The notes below the pieces were generated by a model. The model searched no databases. It was given only the letters and a program-made list of their open reading frames with translations, and was not told the DNA's origin. The translations under genes were made by a program, and so were the position numbers. Positions 58,377 through 64,000 of a DNA stretch of 64,000 nt are shown piece after piece. The stretch is from Candidatus Omnitrophota bacterium. Lineage in GTDB: Bacteria; Omnitrophota; Gorgyraeia; Gygaellales; Gygaellaceae. Location: contig JAGYNB010000002.1 of the NCBI GenBank assembly GCA_018400015.1, positions 180,555 to 244,554 on the forward strand. The letters run 5' to 3'. The stretch's first letter is position 1, and each line of letters begins with the position of its first letter.

Positions 58377-59354
58377 ATGAAACTCAAATACAAAGTAGTC
58401 AATAATAAGCTTATTATTTTAAAGAATAAAGCCACCTTGCAGCCTAAAGGTGAATTTACCATTGGTACCGGTAATAATTTAGTTTATCTGGTAAAAGAGC
58501 CTGATAATTGGTTAAAAGTCAATAGTGTCCCCAGGCGCATTGTATTAAAGGGTAAGTTTAGCTTGGATTTAGAGCATGACCTTACTTTTACGCTTGATAA
58601 GACCAAAACCCAGGCCGGTAATGACAGGTTATTATTAAAAACTGATTTAGTAAGCGCTAAAGCAAGGTCGTTGGTGTTTTCTCTTGGTGCAAAAGAAAAT
58701 AACGGAGCTTATAGGTTAAGATTACTGCAGTTAAAAGGCAGGTGGCGCTCGGATAAATATAATCGGCTTAGTTTTTTAGTAAAGAAGCTAAAATCAACCG
58801 ATACATTGACCTTACAAGGCGAGTGGGAATTAAAGAATAACACGCTTATTTATACTTATAAACGCACTCCTTTAAAGACAAAGACAAAAAAAGAGCATAG
58901 TTTAACCTTTAAAGGCTATTGGCAGATAAATAAGAAAAACCGCCTTACGTACATATTCGATAAAAAAAGTGGTTCATTTTTTGAGTTTAAGGTTTTAGTT
59001 GAGACGCCTAACTTAATCGGTAAAGATGGAGAGATTAAGTATAGAGTTGGTATTGGGTTAAACTCAAGTAAAGTCATTACTTTATATGGGGTTTGGAAGT
59101 TAAACAGAAAAACCGGCCTTTCATTTGAAGTAGATTACGGCAATAATAGGGTAGAACAGATAAAGTTTACTGCGTTTGTAAGGCTAAGGAGTAAAGATAA
59201 GCTTAGCTTTAGTTTAAAAACAAAGAATGGCAAAGATTTAGGTTTGGGTGTAGAATTTAAAAAGAGCTTCTTTAAACATAGCGAGTGGTTCTTAAAAGCG
59301 CGTAGAACTAATGCAGTAAAGAGGTTTGATTGCGGAGTTACTCTTCGGTGGTAG
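58377..59354 (+). CDS. hypothetical protein with four or more internal 55-60-aa beta-strand repeats
   Basis: Recurrent motif KG[KRY][FW]..[DN]...[LRT]L[TS]F at roughly regular spacing (KGKFSLDLEHDLTFTLDK / KGRWRSDKYNRLSFLVKK / KGYWQINKKNRLTYIFDK / GVWKLNRKTGLSFEVDY); no signal peptide. Confidence 0.45.
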   Translation: MKLKYKVVNNKLIILKNKATLQPKGEFTIGTGNNLVYLVKEPDNWLKVNSVPRRIVLKGKFSLDLEHDLTFTLDKTKTQAGNDRLLLKTDLVSAKARSLVFSLGAKENNGAYRLRLLQLKGRWRSDKYNRLSFLVKKLKSTDTLTLQGEWELKNNTLIYTYKRTPLKTKTKKEHSLTFKGYWQINKKNRLTYIFDKKSGSFFEFKVLVETPNLIGKDGEIKYRVGIGLNSSKVITLYGVWKLNRKTGLSFEVDYGNNRVEQIKFTAFVRLRSKDKLSFSLKTKNGKDLGLGVEFKKSFFKHSEWFLKARRTNAVKRFDCGVTLRW

Positions 59355-59501
59355 TAGAGAGTAATGATATTTAAGTAATAAATCGATAAAATTAAAATTA
59401 TCATACGTTATAACATATTAAGCTGCCTGTATGGTAACTTTTTGTTTGACAAAGGAAAAAAGAAGTCTTAAGTATATTAAGATAGTTAATTTAAATGCAT
59501 T

Positions 59502-59885
59502 ATGCAGGAATTGATTAAAGATTTTTTAAAACAGAAGAAAATAGCAGTTGCAGGCTCATTTAGGAATGAGACCAAGTTTGCCTATAAGATATTCAAGGCA
59601 TTAAGGTCAAAAGGCTATGAGGTGTATCCTGTTAACCCAGGCCTTGATCAGGTAGATGGAGTAAAGTGTTATAAAAGCATAAAAGACATCCCGTTTGATA
59701 TCGATGCTGTAAATCTGGTGGTGCCGCCAAAGGTATCACAAGAGATGATAAAAGACTCACTTGAGAGATCCATTAAAAAAATCTGGCTGCAGCCCGGGGC
59801 TGAGGATGAGGCTGTTTTAGAATTCTGCCAGGATAATAATATCAAGCCAATCCACGGGCTTTGTATAATGCTTGAGGCTTTGTAA
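59502..59885 (+). CDS. CoA-binding domain protein (YccU-like)
   Basis: KKIAVAGSFRNETKFAYKIFKALRSKGYEVYPVNP Rossmann-like CoA-binding motif; 127 aa. Confidence 0.75.
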   Translation: MQELIKDFLKQKKIAVAGSFRNETKFAYKIFKALRSKGYEVYPVNPGLDQVDGVKCYKSIKDIPFDIDAVNLVVPPKVSQEMIKDSLERSIKKIWLQPGAEDEAVLEFCQDNNIKPIHGLCIMLEAL

Positions 59886-59910
59886 TAAAGAATATAAGGG
59901 GATTATTGTC

Positions 59911-60672
59911 ATGAAACAATGGTATGAACAGTTATTTGAAAACTACGCTCATAAATACGATCAGGAGCCTTTTGTGCAGGGCACTGTTGGTGAGTGTGAT
60001 TTTATTGAAACTGAGATAAACCGCGATAAAAGTAAAAGGATTATAGATATCGGCTGCGGTACAGGACGCCACGCGATAGAACTTACCAAAAGAGGCTATA
60101 AGGTTACTGGTATTGATTTTTCCGTTTCCCAGATCAACAGGGCAAAAGAAAAAGCTAAAGAGCAAGGATTGACTATAGACTTTCAAATGCAAGACGCGCG
60201 TAATCTTACCTTTAAAGAGGAATTTGACTTAGCGATTATGATTTGCGAAGGGGGTTTCTCTTTAATGGAGACAGACGAGATGAACTTTGCAATACTTAAA
60301 AGCGCTACAAGAGCGTTAAAAGATAAGGGAAAACTAATATTTACTGCTTTAAACGGGCTTTTCCCGCTATTGCATTCGGTTAAAGATTTTTATGAGTCTA
60401 AAGCTAAAGAAGGCCAGTCCCAGTGCAAGGATTGTTCCTTTGACCTGATGACTTTCAGAGATCATAATACTGTTGTGTTTGAAGATGATTCTGGCAATAA
60501 AAAAGAGCTAAAATGCAATGAGCGCTATTACCTGCCCAGTGAGATAACCTGGCTTCTTAAAAGCCTTGGGTATAAGCAAATCGATATCTTCGGCGCAAAA
60601 CTTGGGGCTTTTTCAAGGGAAGAGAAGCTCACTAGCGAACACTTTGAGATGCTTGTGTCGGCGCAGAGGTAG
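59911..60672 (+). CDS. class I SAM-dependent methyltransferase
   Basis: Motif I IIDIGCGTGRHAIEL; ATG 59911 with AAGGGG RBS (the track's 59872 start is an upstream extension). Confidence 0.75.
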   Translation: MKQWYEQLFENYAHKYDQEPFVQGTVGECDFIETEINRDKSKRIIDIGCGTGRHAIELTKRGYKVTGIDFSVSQINRAKEKAKEQGLTIDFQMQDARNLTFKEEFDLAIMICEGGFSLMETDEMNFAILKSATRALKDKGKLIFTALNGLFPLLHSVKDFYESKAKEGQSQCKDCSFDLMTFRDHNTVVFEDDSGNKKELKCNERYYLPSEITWLLKSLGYKQIDIFGAKLGAFSREEKLTSEHFEMLVSAQR

Positions 60673-60750
60673 TTTGATTTATTAGCGAACAATCCGCGTA
60701 GGGAAAATTAAAACAACAGCTAAATTAATAGTAAAATTCATCCCAAAGTA

Positions 60751-60778
60751 TTCATAAAAAATATTATTTTTTTATGAA
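60751..60778. repeat. AT-only inverted repeat upstream of the OMP promoter
   Basis: TTCATAAAAAA-tatta-TTTTTTTATGAA; arms of about 11 bp, centred about 40 bp upstream of the -35 box. Confidence 0.5.
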
Positions 60779-60802
60779 TTTATTTTTTTCTTTGTACAAA
60801 CG

Positions 60803-60831
60803 TTGACAAATATATTATGCATGTGTATAAT
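60803..60831 (+). promoter_or_regulatory. consensus sigma70 promoter (TTGACA-17-TATAAT) for the OMP gene
   Basis: TTGACA 60803-60808, 17-nt spacer, TATAAT 60826-60831; GAGAGGAGAAAAAA RBS then GTG 60873. Confidence 0.65.
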
Positions 60832-60872
60832 AACAAAACTATTAAAAAAAATGCTAACGAGAGGAGAAAAAA

Positions 60873-61655
60873 GTGCGAAAGTTAATTTGTTTTTTCTGTA
60901 TAAGTGTTTTATTTGTTCCTTTAATGAATGTTCATGCGGCTATGATAGGCGCAGCTCAAACCCAAGGGCAGAGTAAGATATCTTTTGCTTTAGAACAAGA
61001 TATAGTTTTTGATAGGGATATGAAAATAATAAGTATAAGCCCTGATGTAGGGACAGTTATTAGCGATATGAAATTTGACGAAATGTATCGAACAGATATA
61101 AAGGTTAGTTATGGTTTGCTGGAGAATTTGGATGCATATATTAAACTAGGAATTGCTGATTTTAAGATGTCGGAAAATTGGAGATCAACAACACCTGAAG
61201 TGGGAACAATAAAGGATAAAGCAAAAAATGACTTGTTGTGGGGCCTTGGGTTAAAAGGTACTATGCAATTGGAAGATGATTGGTTATTAGGAATCGATAC
61301 GCAGTATTTATCTCATCGAAATAAATTTGAGGGACAAATTAACAATATAAGTAGTCCAGCTGATAGTGAGGATTATTCAGGTAAAATGAAAATTAAAGAA
61401 TGGCATGTAGCTCCGTATGTTGCAAAGAAGTTCGATAATCTTATTCCCTATTTGGGAATAAAATATTCAGATCTTAGGATAAAAAATGAGTTTAGCACAT
61501 CCAGCAACGATACAGAAGAAAAAAGGAAAGCTGAAGATAATTTCGGTATTTTTGTAGGAACGGATTATAAAATTGACGATGACTGGAAGCTGAATATAGA
61601 AGGCAGATTTTTAGATGAGACGGCAATGAGCCTGGGAGCTTCTTGTAAATTTTAA
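60873..61655 (+). CDS. outer-membrane beta-barrel protein (porin/MOMP-like)
   Basis: Signal peptide MRKLICFFCISVLFVPLMNVHA; alternating amphipathic beta-strands; C-terminal ...GASCKF ending in Phe (BAM recognition). Confidence 0.6.
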   Translation: MRKLICFFCISVLFVPLMNVHAAMIGAAQTQGQSKISFALEQDIVFDRDMKIISISPDVGTVISDMKFDEMYRTDIKVSYGLLENLDAYIKLGIADFKMSENWRSTTPEVGTIKDKAKNDLLWGLGLKGTMQLEDDWLLGIDTQYLSHRNKFEGQINNISSPADSEDYSGKMKIKEWHVAPYVAKKFDNLIPYLGIKYSDLRIKNEFSTSSNDTEEKRKAEDNFGIFVGTDYKIDDDWKLNIEGRFLDETAMSLGASCKF

Positions 61656-61698
61656 AATATGACAATATAAAAAAGAAATTTTTATTGATTCATTGTAT

Positions 61699-61738
61699 AC
61701 CCGCAGAGGATAATTTATCTTTTGCGGGTGTTTTTTTA
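61699..61738 (+). terminator. rho-independent terminator
   Basis: ACCCGCAG...TTGCGGGTG hairpin followed by TTTTTTT. Confidence 0.65.
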
Positions 61739-61807
61739 CGTAATTCTCTCTTTAGCTCCTGCGTCAATAGCCGATTTTCCTAAAAAAATATAAACCTCGT
61801 TTTATTA

Positions 61808-61836
61808 TTGACACGGGCGCGTTATTATTTTATAAT
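61808..61836 (+). promoter_or_regulatory. consensus sigma70 promoter (TTGACA-17-TATAAT) for the DUF134-arsP-arsM operon
   Basis: TTGACA 61808-61813, 17-nt spacer, TATAAT 61831-61836. Confidence 0.7.
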
Positions 61837-61848
61837 GCACATATGTGC
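61837..61848. promoter_or_regulatory. perfect 12-bp palindrome GCACATATGTGC immediately downstream of the -10 (candidate operator)
   Basis: GCACAT/ATGTGC directly abutting TATAAT and overlapping the expected +1; AGGAGCAATAAG RBS and ATG 61866 follow. Confidence 0.55.
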
Positions 61849-61865
61849 GAAATAGGAGCAATAAG

Positions 61866-62183
61866 ATGAGGCCTAAGAAAACTAGATGGGTTAAGTGTGA
61901 ACCGGGGGAGAGGTGTTTTCGTCCTCAGTGCAAGCCTTTGAATAAATTAGAAGGTGTTTATATGACTATAGATGAGTTTGAGGCGATAAGGCTCTCATAT
62001 CTCGAAGGTTTAACCCAAGAGCAAGTTGCAAAGAAAATGAAAATCCACCGTTCGACCGTATCCCGCATATTGGAGTCAGGAAATAAAAAAGTAGCCGATG
62101 CTCTTGTGAATATCAAGTCTATAAAAATTGAAGGTGGCTGTTGTAAGATTGTAGGAGATAAAAAACATGAAAGAAAAAAATAA
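61866..62183 (+). CDS. DUF134-family predicted DNA-binding protein (HTH, Cys-containing)
   Basis: EGVYMTIDEFEAIRLSYLEGLTQEQVAKKMKIHRSTVSRIL (sigma-70 region-4-like HTH), N-terminal CEPGERCFRPQC and C-terminal GGCC cysteines; ATG 61866 preferred (the track's start at 61845 lies inside the operator). Confidence 0.65.
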   Translation: MRPKKTRWVKCEPGERCFRPQCKPLNKLEGVYMTIDEFEAIRLSYLEGLTQEQVAKKMKIHRSTVSRILESGNKKVADALVNIKSIKIEGGCCKIVGDKKHERKK

Positions 62184-63339
62184 ATTTTTATTAATGTTTG
62201 CTGTGTTTTTAGCATTCTTCTATCTGCCTGTTGAGTTGCTGTCTTTTCGCAATCCCGTTTTTGAGTCTCTTGCGTTGGTTCGTTGGTACGCCAGAGAACA
62301 TGTTTTGCTTTGCCTCGTTCCGGCTTTTTTTATCGCCGGAGCAATATCGGTTTTTGTATCTCAGGCGTCTGTTATTAAATACTTCGGAGCAAAAGCGAAT
62401 AAATTTCTTGCTTATAGCGTTGCGTCTGTTTCCGGAACAATTTTGGCAGTTTGTTCATGCACTGTCTTGCCTTTATTTTCTGGAATTTACAAAAGAGGCG
62501 CGGGGTTAGGGCCGGCTACTGCATTTCTTTATTCAGGTCCGGCAATTAACGTGCTTGCGATTATTATGACAGCCAGAATTCTTGGCTGGGAGTTAGGCTT
62601 GGCTAGGGCAGTTGGAGCGGTTATATTTAGTGTTGTAGTAGGGTTATTGATGCATCTAATATTTATAAAGGAAGAAAGAGCCAGGCAAACGAACGGCGAT
62701 TTTCAGCTGGGGGAAGCTGAAGAAGCCAGGCCGTTATGGAAAAACGCGGTTTATTTTATTTCCATGGTAGGTATCCTTGTATTCGCTAACTGGGGAAAGC
62801 CTCAGGATGGCGATACAGGGCTTTGGGCGGCAATCTTTAATCTCAAGTGGATAATAACTCTTGGTTTTCTTGTTTTATTAATCATAATGCTCATAGCATG
62901 GTTTAAGAAGCAGGAGTTAAAAAACTGGACGAGCGCTTCCTGGACTTTTGCCAAACAGATAATGCCTTTACTTCTTGCCGGTGTAGTTGTGGCAGGATTG
63001 TTATTGGGCCGGCCGGGACATGAAGGTTTTATTCCATCGTGGATAATCGAAAAAGCTGTTGGTGGCAATTCACTGCTATCGAATTTCTTCGCTTCAATTG
63101 TGGGGGCATTCATGTATTTTGCCACCCTTACTGAGGTACCCATTTTGCAGGGCTTGATCGGTGCGGGTATGGGCAAAGGGCCTGCATTAGCTCTGCTTTT
63201 GGCTGGCCCGGCTTTAAGTTTGCCGAATATGTTGGTTATCCGTGGTGTTATCGGCACCAAGAAAACAGTTGTTTATGTCAGCCTTGTCGTGGTCATGGCG
63301 ACAATAAGCGGGATTGTTTTTGGAATGATCGTATCTTAA
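62167..63339 (+). CDS. arsP: DUF318/ArsP-family permease (putative organoarsenical efflux permease)
   Basis: 8-TM permease with a CSC motif inside a TM helix (ILAVCSCTVLPLF), as in ArsP-type permeases; overlaps the DUF134 gene end. Confidence 0.6.
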   Translation: MKEKNKFLLMFAVFLAFFYLPVELLSFRNPVFESLALVRWYAREHVLLCLVPAFFIAGAISVFVSQASVIKYFGAKANKFLAYSVASVSGTILAVCSCTVLPLFSGIYKRGAGLGPATAFLYSGPAINVLAIIMTARILGWELGLARAVGAVIFSVVVGLLMHLIFIKEERARQTNGDFQLGEAEEARPLWKNAVYFISMVGILVFANWGKPQDGDTGLWAAIFNLKWIITLGFLVLLIIMLIAWFKKQELKNWTSASWTFAKQIMPLLLAGVVVAGLLLGRPGHEGFIPSWIIEKAVGGNSLLSNFFASIVGAFMYFATLTEVPILQGLIGAGMGKGPALALLLAGPALSLPNMLVIRGVIGTKKTVVYVSLVVVMATISGIVFGMIVS

Positions 63340-63350
63340 AGGAGATGTTT

Positions 63351-64000
63351 ATGGAAAAAGATATCAAGAAGTTAGTTAAAGAAGGTTATGCTAAGGTTGC
63401 CAAGAAAGGGACATCCTGTTGTTCTTCCGGATCGTGCTGTTCATCATCAGACAACGCCCGGGATATCAGTAAGAGCGTTGGCTATAGCGATGATGAGATA
63501 AAAACTGTTCCTGACGGGGCGAACTTAGGGCTTGGCTGCGGTAATCCGGTGGCCATAGCTTCGTTAAAAGAGGGTGATGTTGTGCTTGATTTAGGCAGCG
63601 GTGCAGGATTTGATGCTTTTCTTGCGGCTAAGAAAGTAGGCAAGACAGGGCGTGTTATCGGCGTGGATATGACTGCGGAAATGCTGGAGAGAGCACGGGC
63701 GAACGCTAAAAAAGGCGGGTTTGATAACGTGGAGTTCCGCTCAGGCGAGATAGAGAAACTTCCTGTGGAGGATAATATGATTGATGTAGTTATCTCTAAC
63801 TGCGTTATAAACCTATCACCGGATAAACAGACGGTGTTTAAGGAAGCGTTCAGGGTGCTTAAGCCAGGAGGCAGGCTGATGGTTTCCGATCTGGTCCTGG
63901 TCAAAGAGTTGCCAGAACAGATTAAGGAATCGGTCGAAGCGTATGTGGGTTGTCTTACCGGAGCGATTAAGAAAGATATATATCTTGGGTTCATCAAGCA
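63351..64000 (+). CDS. arsM: arsenite S-adenosylmethionine methyltransferase (ArsM), N-terminal about 216 aa; 3' end beyond window
   Basis: Translation MEKDIKKLVKEGYAKVAKKGTSCCSSGSCCSS...VLDLGSGAGFD...VISNCVINL...YVGCLTGA shows the N-terminal Cys pairs, SAM motif I and the two catalytic Cys contexts of ArsM; AAGGAG RBS; no stop before the window end. Confidence 0.8.
   Translation, partial: MEKDIKKLVKEGYAKVAKKGTSCCSSGSCCSSSDNARDISKSVGYSDDEIKTVPDGANLGLGCGNPVAIASLKEGDVVLDLGSGAGFDAFLAAKKVGKTGRVIGVDMTAEMLERARANAKKGGFDNVEFRSGEIEKLPVEDNMIDVVISNCVINLSPDKQTVFKEAFRVLKPGGRLMVSDLVLVKELPEQIKESVEAYVGCLTGAIKKDIYLGFIK

Noticed and set aside
59355-59501. Possible promoter TTGACA-(17)-TAAGTA/TATATT upstream of the CoA-binding protein gene
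   Set aside because: There is a -35 match, but the -10 is ambiguous with spacing of 17 or 20. It is too weak to list as a feature.
567-63997. All minus-strand ORFs in the track (567-833, 2482-2868, 2862-3131, 3597-3881, 6673-7170, 8708-9013, 18807-19298, 23137-23550, 31966-32493, 54480-54998, 55783-56421, 62802-63260, 63482-63997 and others)
   Set aside because: Each lies antisense to a well-supported + strand gene and has low-complexity, Ser/Ile/Phe-rich or stop-codon-mirrored composition with no recognisable motifs and no RBS. They are consistent with shadow ORFs in an AT-rich genome.
1-64000. CRISPR arrays, tRNA/rRNA genes, IS elements, integrases, prophage genes
   Set aside because: No direct-repeat and spacer periodicity, no cloverleaf-like GC-rich 75-90-nt segments in intergenic regions, and no transposase or integrase-like translations were seen. 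The window looks like core chromosome plus the pilus and ars accessory blocks.

Overview
The window is a 64-kb AT-rich chromosomal segment from a diderm bacterium, inferred from Mla, LspA, a secretin and an outer-membrane beta-barrel ending in Phe. Every gene I can support, about 65 CDS, lies on the + strand; all minus-strand ORFs in the track look like antisense artefacts. I found no rRNA, tRNA, CRISPR array or recognisable mobile element.

Genes in order: proC (3' part), mtnP, ileS, dksA-like, lspA, rluD, a coiled-coil protein, aroA, mreBCD-mrdA-rodA, a radical SAM gene, a 21-kb type IV pilus (T4P) locus at 15.1-36.0 kb, a GroES-like orphan, a split pta plus ackA, panD, membrane and signalling genes, mlaE/F/D, two transporters, the glycine cleavage operon (gcvT-H-PA-PB) with lipA, assorted small genes, a MATE exporter, an outer-membrane-protein gene, and a DUF134 regulator-ArsP-ArsM organoarsenical cluster that runs off the 3' edge.

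The part most likely to be new is the T4P locus. It has tandem PilB ATPases, PilC, two pilin-like proteins, an 815-aa PilX_N-type putative tip protein and PilN/O/P/Q/M. Interleaved with these is a c-di-GMP signalling layer. It comprises a PelD-like membrane GAF protein with a degenerate GGDEF (GYSDF) that keeps its RxxD I-site, two free-standing MshEN (GspE-N) domain proteins carrying intact tandem c-di-GMP-binding motifs, and a 1388-aa protein that fuses a GGDEF (RYAGDEF with I-site) to an AAA_16/STAND-type P-loop NTPase and C-terminal HEAT repeats. That giant protein sits between pilB2 and pilC.

Several near-perfect sigma70 promoters (TTGACA-17-TATAAT) are visible, and one is followed directly by a perfect 12-bp palindrome operator.

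All calls rest on motif recognition in the supplied translations and on reading the nucleotide sequence. No database search was possible.
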